Assembly: GCA_965649825.1 (NCBI GenBank)
Contig: OZ287707.1
Span: 124,001-188,000, forward strand
Direction of reading: 5' to 3'
Length of the DNA stretch: 64,000 nucleotides
Source of the DNA: Penicillus capitatus
Taxonomy: Eukaryota > Plantae > Chlorophyta
Position 1 is the stretch's first letter, and each line of letters begins with the position of its first letter. Positions 36,694 through 52,808 of the stretch are shown here, in pieces. The notes beneath the pieces were generated by a model. That model worked only from the letters and a program-made list of their open reading frames with translations, did no database searches and was not told the DNA's origin. The position numbers were made by a program, and so were the translations under genes.

Positions 36694-39600
36694 ATGGATG
36701 ATGACGTTTTCAAACTGCCCGAACTTCGATCGACGTTAGGACGAAGACGTAAACAAAGGGACCAATCGACGGTGTATCTGCGCCACCCCGATTGTCTGGG
36801 TATATCTTCCGCGTTCGAGAGGAACGGCATCGGTCGATCCGATTGTTCCTTGTCGATAGATAGCCTCTTGCGTTTCGAGAGCCTCCTGCGAAACGACGAC
36901 AATCACTTTCGTCCGGCGTTCTTCGCTACATGCGACATGAAACTGATTCAGAACGATCTGATCCCTCTACTGAAGTCTTATCCAGATGACGAGGACATCT
37001 CTTATCATGCAGGTCTGTCATGGCATTCCTGTACGATGCGTATTCCTTCTGTTTATCAGTTACTGTCATGACGCTCTTGACGATGCCTGTCAATCCAGAA
37101 ACGATCGATCCACAACGACAGGTGAGTCTACGTTGTCTTGACTCTTCCTCGTTTGCATGGTGTTGCCGCGATGGGTTTGTAGCTGGAACTCCTGCTGACA
37201 TCAAAGAGAGCCATTCTTGCGTCCCAGTATCTACCGTTGTTTGCCTGTCTTTTCCTGGATCATCTGCAGAAGCTGCCCGAGACAGACATTGGAAAACTGG
37301 AGATCCTGCTGACGTTTGTCAGGAATCTATTGGCGGAAGCAGAACGTGTGGGACCTTTCAAGGATGAATGCAAAAACATTCGCGTGCTCTTGTCCTCACC
37401 GCCACCACAAGCGGATGAGGGATGTGTGGTTTAGGAGATGTTACTTCAGCAGATGTCTGAATGCCATCTATTTGATATTCTCTTGACCTTCTGTCAGTTT
37501 GCACAACATCACCAAGTGACGCCCTTTGCCTCGCTCATGCTAAACATCGTACAATGCATGCTGCACGATCAAGACCCAGAAGAGATCATTCGGTTTCAGC
37601 TGCAGCAGTCACAGGCCTCAGACAAAGGAGAACGAAAAACGGTGGACCATATCCTTGCTCGATCCATCGGGTGTCGGATCAGATGATGGATCATTGCAGA
37701 TGCGTCGTCGACTGTCATTGGGACATGAGCGGATCAGTCATCGTCAGTTGACGGGTGGATATGTTCTCAAATCGAGTGATGATATGGGACAAGGTCAGCT
37801 CATCCCTATGCAGCAATACTCGGCACCCAGAAAAGAAGTCCTTGCAGCGCCTCAACGTCGAAAACAGCAAGTGGGTAGTGGAGATCGATGATGGATGCTT
37901 TTTTGATGCCATCCATGCTTCGCAGACACCAGTCTCGATGATCTCGGTGATCGTGGTGGAGTATTTGAATGCTTTCTTGCAAAGGGGGTATGTTCCTCTG
38001 ATGAGTGAGATATTCCGACAATGTGGAGCAAATCCGCATGCGGCTGCCATCGATCAAGCAGATGCCATACATTTCCTGAATGTGTCGACATTCTGTGTGA
38101 AGTACGTGTGTCTCACAGAGGTATCGATGGCACGTTCGCAGATGGGGATGGATACGATCTCTGCTCGTTATAGGAAACGAGAAAGACGCCTCCCAGCAAA
38201 GAAGGAAAGAGTCCTTTCCGGTACATTTCGGTTTCTGGATGCTGGTCCGTCTACAAATTTGCATTAGACGTGTTCACTGCCCAGTTCACCCAACCGAACT
38301 TTCTGCTGCAGGTTCGGCGATCGCGACCGCGAACCAGTCCGTATAAATTCTTGATCCGTAGGAGGCATCTCTGTCGTTGCTCAAAGAGTTACTGTTCTTG
38401 CTCGATGCCTGTCATCGTTTCGGCACGAAGGATGATCAAGAGGCGGCTAACCGTCTGCAAAGAAAGTTCGTAACAGCCATGATGGGCATCGATGGTCCAC
38501 ATGCATCCATTCCCTTTCATCAGGGTCTTTCACGATGACATGAGACACACAGGTCTGCTGCCCGTTCTCGCAAAGAGCATCCGTCAGTTCAACAGCAAGA
38601 AGCAGAGTGACCACCATGCAAAGGACATCGCCGAGGCGATCCATATCGTCTTGAAATCATACGAGAGATTGAGGGACTTGGAGGACGGACAGTTCAAAGT
38701 GAAGATGGCATACCGAAACAGAAAGCCATCTGCATCCGTACGCCTTGAGACGATGTCTCACACCATCTGCGTTGCTGACAAACGATCTGTCCAGGAAGAA
38801 GCACCGATAGAGACATCCTCAGCAGGCATCGAGAAATGCCATCAGCTGAAGACACGGATGAAGCAGGAATTGGCATATCCAGTCATTCTCCAGTTCTACA
38901 TCACTCTTCTCAAAAGCGCGTGTCTATCTTTGTGAACCGACTCATGTGTGATGTGGCTGCAGACTATTGGAAGAATGGAGAGTTCACAAACCATGTGGTT
39001 GTGGCTTTCTTACAGCGCGTCTGTGCACAAGACCAGTTCAATCTTGAGCCCATGTTGTATCAGGTAGAGCGGCATCTCTTCTTGATCTGAGTCTGGAGGA
39101 TGTTTGGCAGATGTCCTTTTTGGAGATTATTACGAAAATCTTGAATGATCCAGTAGTCGCAGTGCAGTCATGCTACTCCGAGCTATTGACATTCGCCAAA
39201 GCTTTCAGCCAACGACTCTTTTCGAAGCTCCTTCCTTCACACTCGCCGTCACATCAGCCTCATGCCAGATTGCCAACCGCAGATCATCCTGATCGACAGC
39301 TCAGCGATGTGACAGGCTGATTTTTGGAAAATGGATCCATCTGTCAGATTAATGTGCCTGCAGGGCAGCTCGGTATGTGGCCAGATGCTGTTCGTTGATC
39401 TGCTTTTTCCCAAGAACGCTCGTGCAGCAATGGAGATCCAACACAACTATCGACCAAAGGTGACACACATCAATAACGCGAGCATCATGTGCACACACAC
39501 CCCTTCTCTTTCCCCATTTTTCAGGAATCTGCTCTCCGACAGATGCTCTCCGCGAATCAAACATCGGAGTCGAGACCATTACCAAGGGCAGAGATCCAAC

Positions 39601-40202
39601 ACCACACCGATGTCACAGACCTGACAGCACGTGCGATATCTCCCACCTCCATCACTACCCCTTCCTTTACTCTCTCCTGTTTGTCTGGCAGTCGAGAGTT
39701 CGAATATAGATCGAAGAGAGGACGACATAAATACCGTCGAAAAGAGTATAACCGTTCAAGAGACTTCGGAGCTCGATATAGATGGAATGCACATCACAGA
39801 GCCACTGTTAAAGAGACGATGTTTCGGTGCATTCGAACGGTGTTTTGACAGCTGACGTGCAAAATGTTGTTCAGGAGTCAACAACGCTCCGTACGAAGCG
39901 GACAGCGCACTTCTGCCGAACGCCAAACGATTTCTCGCTTTCCTGCTTTCATGAACGAAAGGGGCCCTTCAACCGATAGAAAAGTCGCATTCAGTCTTGG
40001 TGCTGACGATGACGACTTTAACGACAACCGACTACGAGAAGGACTTCTTGCCGCAAAAGACCCACCCGAGTTACGCTTAGGTGACAGCGAACGTACCGTC
40101 GGCAGTCAGGAAATCGACGCCGAGGGTGACGCAGCATCGGCCGGCCGAGGCACTCCTCATGTCTACCGAGGCAGTTCTGAGGCAGTGATGGATCGCACAT
40201 AA
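36694..40202 (+). CDS. TIMELESS: TIMELESS/Tof1-family protein, many exons; 3' end approximate
   Basis: YLRHPDCL..LLRNDD..LIQNDLIPLL, LLTMP, EILLTFVRNLL, LLNIV..DQDPEEI, YWKNGEFTNH..FLQRV and LEPMLYQ match the Timeless N-terminal domain. Confidence 0.8.
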
Positions 40203-40291
40203 ACACGTGCTGCGTAGGCCCGCCACTTGGAACAACCTCCCGTACCGTTGAGGTCGACCGCAAAACGTGGGATCTGTTCAAGCAGCGATCG

Positions 40292-43278
40292 ATGGGCCGT
40301 ACAGGCAGTTGCGAGTTTTCGCTCATCGAACACATGGACAATATTCCCGCGACAATGACAAGCTTCAAATCGCACGTGCGGCGTTCCACTGTCAACAAGG
40401 CTCCTCGGTTCAGCAAACACGCCTAGTGTCCTGCGTCTGACCGTTCTGGGGTTGTAGGCACGTTTCTATCTTTGGACTCCCAGTGATGAGTCCGTTCAGC
40501 AGATTGGCCAAATTCTGGTTGGCGTTTATTGCGACCGTTGATTTGACGTTTACTGCCTTCTTTGTCCCTTATATTATCGCGTTCATGTCGGAAGGAGACG
40601 CAGATTCGGCAGTTCTTCAGATCGTCGACATCATCACCGGCAGTATCTTCTTGTTGGACGTCTTTATCAAATTCCACATCGGATATGTGATTTCGTGCGA
40701 TTACCGTACAAAAGTCGAAATGCGTGGAAGACATATTGCTTGGTATTATTTCCGGCACGGAGGCGCATGGATTGATCTGCTCTCCGTTTTGCCCTCTATA
40801 TTGGGTATCCTGGTAATGCCCTTGACGTTCGCTTCCGTATTCCATCCATTCTGGACTGCAGATGATTCTGTTGGGTTCCTTGACGAACAAAGCTCCGGTA
40901 CAGTTGGTGCGCTACATCCGAATGATCCGTATCATAAGGCTGATTCGCGTAAGATGCACGATCCCCTTCTCTCGCCCTCTGTTTATGAGATGCCTTAGGC
41001 ATTGCTAACGACCAATGTATTTTTGACAACGGATACCTACTTCTTCCGTGTGTTCGGACCGACGACTCTTTACTTTCTGAGCGTTGTTTATTGTCTTGTC
41101 ATCCTCGTCAACCTGTTGGGTAACTGGACATTGCATGTGTCTGTGGACATGCTTTGACGCTGTGCTGCTGCTAGGGTGTTTTTTGTATTTTGTTGCCGTG
41201 ACCGAAAACGGCTCTCTAGAAGAAACTTGGATCGCCAAGTACTACAACAGTATCGAACCAGAAGACGTCCATCACAGCGACGCGTACCACTATCTTCTGG
41301 GACTGTACTGGGCCATTGCAACAGTCCGCATCATCATCGTATCCATAATGATGTGACAGCTGCCGTTGTAGGTGACCACAGTCGGTTATGGGGATGTCAT
41401 ACCGGAGACGTGGATTGAGCTGCTTCTGATGTCGACCATTATGTTGACGCAGATCATTATATTCGGTTTCATGATTGGTACCATGACAGAGATTGTCACC
41501 AACTCCATGAAGACACTCAGACAGGCAGAGAAATACAAAGAGAAAATGGAGAGCGTGAAAATGTGGCTGATGCATCACGACATTAAAGAACACCTTGTCG
41601 ATCGCGTGAAGGCAAGGAGATTGCAAGTCCCGCAGCATCTGCCTCATGCTTCCATCCCTAGACGTACTATTCCCAAGTGTGGCTGCGGAAACAAGATGTG
41701 GACGAGAACAGAATCCTGAACGAGCTTCCCCTCGAAATTCGCTCGAGCATTGTGTATTCGCTCATTGGGTAGGGCATGCCATTGTTGTCAGATGTTGTCT
41801 TTACTTTGGATGGCAGGGATTCGCTGAAGGCACTGCCACTGTTCTGTCATCTCGAAGGGCAGGCCATTTTCACAATAGCCAGCAAAATGAAGCCACTTGT
41901 GATGTATCCTGGAGAAGATGTGACGAATCGAAGCAGTGAAGTAGACGCTCTCTATGTACTTGAAGTAATACAGACGCTATCAGTGTCTGCCTGGTATGTG
42001 ACGTGTGGATGGACTAGGATGGTTCGTTAACCGTAATAGGCCCCAGAGGAGTCAATTTTAAGTGCTCGGCACCAGATGTCTTTGGATCCGGATCTCTTCT
42101 CTTCTACCTCTGTGCTCACGAACCGTAAGGATCTGCTATTTGCCAAACAGATCTGATCTTCCGTTTCTTGGATACCAGCATCTTCAAGTGGAAGCTGAAG
42201 AGTCATGGATGTTGTCGACTGTGGTATATAAAGTCAGAAGAAGTCATGGAAATCGTCAATGTACAAGAGAGTGGCAGAGAAGCATTGTTCAAAGGGTCTG
42301 GGATCATCTCCCCCACTTCCGCTCTCACTTAACAAAGCGCTCTTTAGGTTTCACAGTCACATGAAGGCGCGTATCTCAAGATTTCCAGATGATCGTGATG
42401 TCATGAACATCATTCGTACGACGATTGGGAAGCATTTGTCGGTCTACTGCTGCGATCAACTGAAGAAGGAATTTTCAAGAGTGCGGCGACATGGCCACGA
42501 GCTCTGCTGACAGATAGTGTGCAGGAATATCTTTGTGCTGATGATCTGAGAATGGTTCTTGAGTCGAATGAGACATCGAGCACGTACAATCAACCAAGCG
42601 GTGCACGTGTGTTGTGCTCTCCTCAAAGAACGAAAGCAACTCAGCTCTTGTCTTGTTCCAGATGACGCTCTCGCGGAAACAGCATTCAACGGCGAAGGCA
42701 CAAAAGGGAAGAACTCTGCCAATTCGCTCAGTCCACTGGTATACCGTCTGCAGCAGAAGGGAGTTCACGGTGCTGTCGAGTTCATCGCCCAACTGAGCAT
42801 TCTTGGAAACAGCTCTGTCTGTACGCTTTACACCATTTGCCTACACCATCGTGTGATCCATGGATTTGTGCAGCGACTAATATGCTTGAAACACTGGTTG
42901 AGAAGTTGGACGTTGACGCAGCATCGCTTACTGCGTTGGGTCTGGGACGATCCGATGAAAAACACGACGTCCCCGTGAAGAGTGTGATATGCAAACTCAT
43001 CGCTTGTAAAGATACCAGAGCAAGCAGGCCATCTATCGAGGAAATGTTTTACTGTGTGTTCCCAAAGAAAACGGGTAAAGCTGTCACATCATCTTCATTT
43101 CGCAAATCATTCTCTAGGCATCTCCCTTTCGAACGTGCTGGATGCCTTCAATGCCGACGGCCATCCCGACGTCAGATTAGGATTGAAGGACAAGTCAAGA
43201 GTGACGAAAGAGGCGCTCTCACTCTTGTTCCATGAAGATTCCTGTACCTTGTCCGATTTCGTCCGCTATCATGAGTAA
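40292..43278 (+). CDS. 6-TM voltage-gated/cyclic-nucleotide-binding K+ channel (Shaker/KCNH-like), multi-exon
   Basis: FLLDVFIKFHIGY, WIDLLSVLP, pore LYWAIATVTTVGYGD, C-linker ILNELPLEIR, cNMP domain LPLFCHL..MYPGEDV. Start codon approximate. Confidence 0.85.
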
Positions 43279-43515
43279 AAACGCACACCATGCACGCAAC
43301 TGTCTAAACCATTCGTGTCCAGGCTGGTTGTTCTCTGCGTGTCAGATCTGGATGCATTCATGAGAGCTGTGTGGAAGACTCCACCGTCAGAGAAAAGGAA
43401 GAGCATTCTGATGGCCTAACTTATTACGTCACGTCTAAGACGCGCCTCTTGTCATGAAAAACGTCACTATATCGTCTTATATTTAAACAGAGGTCGCTGC
43501 TATTCAGAAACCTGC

Positions 43516-45639
<2,124 letters not shown>

Positions 45640-45740
45640 CGCTGTCATCGCGCACCGCATTGCTCTCAGTTTTCATATTTACAAAATCAATTCTACACAA
45701 CCCCTCTCAACATTCGTTAGTAACCGCCGTGTCATCATGG

Positions 45741-48700
45741 TCATGCCGTTTTATCGAGAAGGGACAGAATCAGTTCGGGACTGTTGGTGACATCACTGAT
45801 GGACTGATAGTTCACGTGTTCATTCGTCGGATTTCGAATATCGCTGACTCGAAGTAGCAGAAATCCGCCTTCGTGAAACTTCATCGTCAATCTCCGCTCG
45901 GTCTCGCGTTTGATACAGAGAAAGCTCCACTGCAAGACATCGCTCTGAGGCAGCAGATACAGTTTCCAATTCGATGCCTGCCAGAGGAACTGGACGGAGC
46001 ATAGGGAGGCGGATGTCAGCCAAACGGCCAGCATGAATCGGCCAAACGTCTCTCTTTGTACCAGTCCTTCGAATTTCTCCAGCAGCAGTCTCGGGACGTG
46101 AATGCTGCAACGGATCTGGCATCTGATACTCTCTTGGGCGAACGCCTCTTGTGTCGTTCTCCTCTGGCACAGAGAAAAGCGCAATCGCCATTTCATCAGC
46201 AGGATGTCCTCATCGCCGTCGTTCCACGTTGGGTGCTCTCGGACTTTGAGCTGATGCACCGAAATCGCAATATCCGAAACGCCTGTTCTTTCCATACTGA
46301 GACGCACAGTGTCTTCCGTCGACCACGAAATGTTCAGATTCGATAACCGTTCTTGAAAGACATGAAAGCAGTCCACAAAGGCCTGAACACACAGCGACAA
46401 TGCTCACACATACCATACGGACTGCCCCTTGCCTGTGTCTGAGCAATCATGAACAGATCACACAACAGATGTGCCACAGAATGCTCTTTCCTGTAAGTAA
46501 TGGACAGGCAGTCGTTCAATGGACGGGCAGATCCAAAGAGATCCCTTCGACCAGAGAGACTGCCCGTGTCGATGGCATGCGAGGCTGCTTGGTCTTTGAT
46601 CTCCGATGCGATACCGTCCATGGTACACGACGTGTCTTCCTCCTCCAGCTGGAAGAACTGTTTTGTGGATTTTCTCAAGGAGACGAGTACGTGCCATTGG
46701 TCTCCGCCTGTCATGATGCTGATGCGTATTTCCTTGATCTCATCAAAAGGAACACTGTTCGAGCGCATAACTGACGAACGTGTGAGGATGGACCCACACC
46801 TGAATGTTGGGCTCTGGCATTTGGACAGCCTCAGTTCATGCGTCTGTTGTCCGTCGCTCATCACCGACACCTCTTCTGTAATGGTCATCCCCATGGCCTG
46901 CAAGACAGGAACATCGATCTGTGATGGTCGCGGGATCATGGACAGGCAGACGTACATGGAACTGCTCTTTCAGCACTTCAAGCAATCCTTGTTCGTTGCA
47001 CCAGGAGAACAGTTGTCGATTCTGAAGAGTGTCTTCCACATGAGACACTCGCATTTCTGTAACCACGCCGCCATTGGCATCTGCAAGAGGATTGCGTGCT
47101 TCGGGCTCCCGTTTGATGTTGAGATGTGACGTCGTATTTGAATCGTGCATGCGCTTTTCTCGTTTGATCTCACGGATTTCCTCCGTTGTGCTTTGTTTGC
47201 GTTTTCTTGCGGACTGATGAGAGCGACCATTCTGATAGAAACGACCTGGAATAAAAATCATGTTGACAATCTAGAAAACACATTTGCCATGTGAACAAAT
47301 ACTGAAGTCAGATACTTGTGTAGCGGACCCTCTGTTGTCCAGTGCCAGCACAATCAAAAACGCATACGTCTTTTCTTGCGTCACAGAGCAGGGCACACTC
47401 AGTACCAACTGAAAATCGAGACAAGAAGTGAAATGCGACAAGATCGTCCCATCTATTCTCGAACAGGCAATCCGCCGAAGGGCAACACAGATGTTCCTCG
47501 ACAAAGCGATCTCGTCCCTACATAAGCTGTCCATGAGATAGGAAGAGATGCTGCACGCATGACAGTGACAGCTGAGAGGCACGGGCAAATTCCTTGATGA
47601 GCTCCAATGGTGGACGACAGGAAAACCGCAGTCCGTGTTTGGCGCACAGAATGTTCCTCTGCTGTCCTTCGTTGTCATCTGTCATCCTGGCAAGTCGACT
47701 GGCCATAAGAAGGATTCTTCCGGCAAGTGGTTTCAGGGCCACCACATGAGGGTGCCGCGATTCAGTAATTGCCGATCGAGCTGCATGTCGCCACACTCGA
47801 TTAAGCGTCTCTTCCCACTGCGCATAAAACGATCTCACTGGCGTCGGTTGAGAACGAGGTGTCACCTGCAGGAACTTCTTATGGAAATCTGATTGTCCTC
47901 TTCTACTGCTGTCCAATTTCAGTCGACCGTCTTCAAGGGAGATGCTGACGCCCATGAGGCAGTTCTCGCATGCATAGCATTTGATCGTCCATGACGTTGG
48001 AGGGTGGACTGCAAGAAACGTGCCACGCTGGCTAAACGGATGCCACTTGAGCATCTACCTTTTACATCCGTCGCTTCTGACACTGGCGATCGTTCTTCGT
48101 CCGAGTCGATCAGATCGAAGTGAAGTCTTCCATCGTGCAGATTCTCTTTTTGCTTGTCCAACTCGATCAGCAACAAAGCTGTGCACATCAGCGTTTATGA
48201 GAGAACTGGCGTGAAGGACTCTGTACACATAATCTGTTGCGATAGAAATGAAGCGGCCTTTACGATCAACACTTCGATCCCCACACGTGTCATCATGGCT
48301 CTCCTGTTTCCCAGTTGCGACCAATCTGCGATCGGAATCTCTGAGCAGTGTTCCAGTTCCACACATCCCTTGTCATTGACACCGACTTCAAACCAGGGAC
48401 GCACACGTGTCCACTGACGGTCGACCTTCTGCCCTGGATTCAGAACGAGGAGTGGATGCGATTTCTTGTTGCTGTCATTTAAGAGTCCTTCCTTACCTTG
48501 AAGGACAGAATCGACGATGATGGGTACCCCCAGCCAGTAGTGCAGCCGATACCCAGGTTTAAACTTTTCCGAAACGACAATATTGCAGGCCGCTCTAAAC
48601 GGACTGGATTCGGAAACAATTTCTCGCATTGCTGAACGCGTCAGATTCAAAGTGACACGGTTCGTCAGGTCTCTGCACATGTCCAGCAACAGCTCTAGAG

Positions 48701-49999
48701 GAGTGCTTTGATCCTGGCGGACGTTATCCGAAGGATCATCGCTATTCTGCATAGAGTGGACCTTCACAACCAGAGGCAAGGCTGTTTGTGTGGCGGCGGA
48801 CCTCAGAGTTCATTTCATTGAGTTGACTGTCCTGGTTCAGGAGAGCTGCGTGAGATGGAGGGGGAGAGGTTTCTTGTTGAGCGGCTGAATGGACGGCCAG
48901 TCTTCCAGCCAAGCTCATCATCCTCGTATCAAATTCCCGCCGCATATACTCAATCTGGAATTCCTCGAAGAAAGGCATCCCGTCACCTCCCGCTACAAAT
49001 GGAACATAAGGATCGATATGCGAAAGCCATTTGCTGACTGACCCAAAAGGAAGCGCAGCTCCGTTAGACTCCACCACCACAGTCTCTCCGGTTCCGTCGT
49101 CTTCTCAGACACGGCGTCTAAGATGTCTAAATGAAAACTTGGCACATCCAGATCTTTCGTCCGCGTTTTCGAATCTGCAGGGGAAGCGAGATTGTCCGAT
49201 GCAGGTAAGCTTGTCTGCTTCTTCGCATTGAGCGGCGTTTCTTGAACAGATGCAGGAGCCTGCGTTAACGTTACCTTCACCTCGAATTCTCCTTCAGAAG
49301 ACAACGTCGCCACGCCGTTTTGTACAGCGTCTAATCGGACTCCAGGCCTCAAAGTCAACTACACCACACCACCACGCACGTATGGACGGATAGAACGTGA
49401 AGGATTGCTCTGTACCTTATCGAACAGGTGAAGCATTCGATTGGTGACGGACGATAGCAGACTGTTTGACAGAATGGGGCTCAATGGACGCGGTTCGACG
49501 ATCTCATCCACAACCGAAGGAAAGAAATCCATGTTGCCTGTCATCCACAAGGCGTTCCTGGCAACGGCTCCCAAAAAAGACGTCCACCTTCCACCAAGGT
49601 GTAAAAGCTCGTTAACACATCGAACGGTGGCACATTCCAGAGCTTGATGTCCTCGTTCAGATAGAACATGGCATCCGCGACCACTCTTATATGATTGAGA
49701 CGTGCTGTATTCTCCTCCCCTTCTCTCACGACGTCTACGGCGAGATTTCCAGTGGACACCGTAGATCCATCCAGCATTTTGAGCTTGGCCACTTCTCTGA
49801 AGACAAGGTTGACGTGTTTACGGAGTTCAGTCAGCCTATTAAAGCGCAGAGCTCGTCATTGAAAGAGAGACAGACGCAGGAGGCACATCTGGTCTCCACG
49901 TGAGCACGAGAGCGTTTGATTGGCGTCCCTGATCAGCTCGGCAACTGACATCTTCCGAATCTCGCCGATAGATATGACGCTGCGTTTTTGGCCTTCCAT
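45741..49999 (-). CDS. MED14: Mediator subunit 14 (RGR1/SWP)-like, multi-exon
   Basis: [21 protein letters not shown] and [31 protein letters not shown] resemble the MED14 N-terminal domain. A chain of minus-strand exons runs to stop 45741. Exon boundaries are not fully resolved. Confidence 0.65.
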
Positions 50000-50361
50000 T
50001 GCGGTTTTGCGTGTTGTTGACAAACGTTGTGTACGAACACACCTTCAATGGGTTCATGCGATGCGACGTCCGTCGTCTTCTCCAAGGTTTCCCACTATTT
50101 AAGACCCTCGTTGCCGAATTCGCCGTTTTTTGCACATATTGTTTCTTGATTCGCATATCGCAATTATTTGTCTTGTTTATACCTCGGAATTTCTGTGGAG
50201 AAACAGAAGAAGATTCTTTCGCGAGGTAGCGATACGAGCCTCCTCGGTCATTGCACAGTCGTCGCAGGACCCTTTCCATTAAACCAGAGAAACCGACAAA
50301 CGCGACACGAGATCTTGTATTTCGTCGACGCGCTCTTATTACCTCTTTCCTCTAAGCCGTG

Positions 50362-51105
50362 ATGCATCTCCTGAATGCGGTATCCTGTTCGCTTGCTACA
50401 GGAACACCTGCTCTAACCGGCTTCGCTACTTGGAAAGCCAGCGTTGCTTCTATCGAATCATCATGCAGATCGCAGTTCGATAAAGGGCGAGCAGTTCGGT
50501 ACTGCGATGCCTCGCTTGGCCGATTAAGAACGAGAGATCTCTTCTGTAGGTTTGTGGGATTTAACCCGTTAGATCATGGTTTCCGCTCTCTTTTATCGCA
50601 GTCGAAGAACTTGTGGACGATGGTCGTGTCGCTGCCACCCAACACAGAAGTTGTCGTTTCCCCTGAACGTCTGTCTGGTCGCTGGAGAAAAAATGCAAAG
50701 CTCAGCGACGATACCAATACGCTTTACGAATATGCTTGTCTGCCGTGGATGCTCCGAAAAGGAGAGCGTTTCTTGCGCTATCTCGAAATCCAGAGCGACG
50801 CATCGCAGTTTCGAAGAACGATCAACGCTGGAGGTTTCCTCAATGTATCAGAAGTTTACCCCTGGGATGGCAGTTCGACAAGACTGAAGCGCAGAGACAT
50901 GCGCGGCGGGAAGATGCAAGGACACGTCGAACAGACTCCGACTGGAGCGAAGACGACTGTTTCGTGGAGTGATCCACACAGTTTATCTATGGAAGATGAT
51001 TTTTGTTTGTCCGAAGATGGACAGCAACTGACAATCTACACAACAGCCAAACGTCCCAATGGTCACGATCACGTGATGATCAAACAAATCTTTACCAAGA
51101 TATGA
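50362..51105 (+). CDS. Hypothetical protein, possibly calycin/lipocalin-like beta-barrel; start uncertain (may be 50620)
   Basis: Open for 248 codons. LSGRWRKNAKLSDD..LPWMLRK resembles the calycin N-terminal GxW motif and is followed by alternating beta-strand patterns. Confidence 0.5.
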   Translation: MHLLNAVSCSLATGTPALTGFATWKASVASIESSCRSQFDKGRAVRYCDASLGRLRTRDLFCRFVGFNPLDHGFRSLLSQSKNLWTMVVSLPPNTEVVVSPERLSGRWRKNAKLSDDTNTLYEYACLPWMLRKGERFLRYLEIQSDASQFRRTINAGGFLNVSEVYPWDGSSTRLKRRDMRGGKMQGHVEQTPTGAKTTVSWSDPHSLSMEDDFCLSEDGQQLTIYTTAKRPNGHDHVMIKQIFTKI

Positions 51106-51697
51106 ATGATGTCTCTCTCCTCCGAATTCTTTTTGTATATATTTATATTACTTGCGGCGGCATGGTCGGATCATATGCTATGGGCTTGTGTAAGCTGTGT
51201 TGTTTGGAAATGCTGATCACGGATGACCATTTGCGGGCGGCGGAGGGAAGTTTACGTAGAATGTTATTACGAGTGGCAGAAGAGAGGTATGTTGGCTGAC
51301 AGATCCGTCAGTTATCTTTCTGTATTTCTGACACGTTTTGGTAAGACGAGGCTATCTTGAAGCACAGCTCGATGAGTAGTAGCTTCATTGCCGCTCCATG
51401 CTTCCGAGAATGGGATATCATTCTTCGTCTTTTCTCAGCTTGTCTCGACAACGCCTGGCGCGATTTTTGGGTCAGAAGAAGCTCGTGACGTGACCTCTTC
51501 CATGAGTAGGTTTTCACATAGCATGAATTGATTCAAAGAAATGACACGTCATCTGAGCAGACGCCCAATGCTCTGACAGCGACAGGTCAGCATCAAACAA
51601 TTTCGTGGTTGATAATCGTCGAAGGGTGGTCGGTTTTCCCGTGTTTGTGTCGTCGGAGATACTACCTTTTCCGCATTCGTGCCTGGAGTCGAGAAAG

Positions 51698-52808
51698 ATG
51701 ATGTCGAATGAAATCAACCAGCCCTTAAGGTCGCAATCCTTAGACATTCGAAAAAGAACACGCGCTTGGAAGCTATCTACCTTAATACTCGGAATCATTG
51801 TCGTCGGACTAACGGCCGTCGTTCTCCACGATGCATTTAAAAAAGACGGTGGGTGAACTCTGAAAGTTTTCACTGCCGTTCCGCAAAGTGACGAACTGTT
51901 TGTCGCTTGTACTGAAGATGAGGAAGAGGACGCGCCAGCCGCAATCTCTTCCTCGGACGACGAAGACCATTGGATCTGGTGTCAAGATTTTGATCCGGAC
52001 ACTGCCCCGATGCACGAATATTTGCCGTGCTCAAATCTCGACGTCGTGAAGGAGGCATACAAGACAGCGTTTATGCAAGGCATTAAGAATGGCTCACTGG
52101 ATCCAGTAGCCTATGCAAGTTACGATCTCCAGGATTGGAGTTATCTTGCAAACGCAGCAGCACTGTACGGTGTGGTGTGTGATGAGCACGCATGCAACAA
52201 AGCATTAAAAGAATTTTTCAAAAATGAATCGAGAAGCTATGGGAAACTGGCTGATGGCTACGTTCCACTTTACACCCTCGTTCCTGAGTCCTCGGTCTCC
52301 GACATTGTTTATACGGTGAACGCAACAAAGGTAAAACTCAGGTGAAGTCGTGCACGGGTATAGATTCTTGTCGGTTTTAGGATTACAACACATTCGAAAA
52401 CGAAACGTCGTCGGCGAACGATGCGAGATACACCATTGTCATTATGGCTCCGTGCCTGCAGCTCTGGACAATGTTGGCCAGACAGATGCAGGCGGATGGT
52501 GCGTTTGACAGAGGAATTGGCGAAAAGTGTAGACCGATGTGACTGCTGTAGGTGCTCCATTGAAAGGCAATGCATACCACCAGTGGATCGTGGAGAACGC
52601 CAATTACACTCCGACGGGTCTGAACAAAATACTGGATGCGCAAGAGGGAGATTTTGACAAAGCAACCGCCAGTGAAATATACCGTCAGGGTGCGATGCAC
52701 GAGGTCGCGATGTTCAACTGGGCGACGTCTAAGAATAACGAACGTAACGGGGGAAACAAGTATGGATTTTCGCGAAAGGCGATCCTATATCCACAAAATG
52801 CAGTTTGA
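51698..52808 (+). CDS. TenA/Thi4-family (thiaminase II-like) protein with an N-terminal signal anchor, 4 exons
   Basis: FMQGIKNGSLDPVAYASYDLQDWSYL, IMAPCLQLW, YHQWIVENA and HEVAMFNWA. Introns about 51853-51888, 52330-52380 and 52499-52550. TM stretch LSTLILGIIVVGLTAVVL after RKRTR. Confidence 0.75.

Noticed and set aside
36694-43278. Functional circadian link between Timeless and the adjacent K+ channel
   Set aside because: Adjacency in a compact eukaryotic genome is not evidence, and this Timeless is more likely the replication-fork type.
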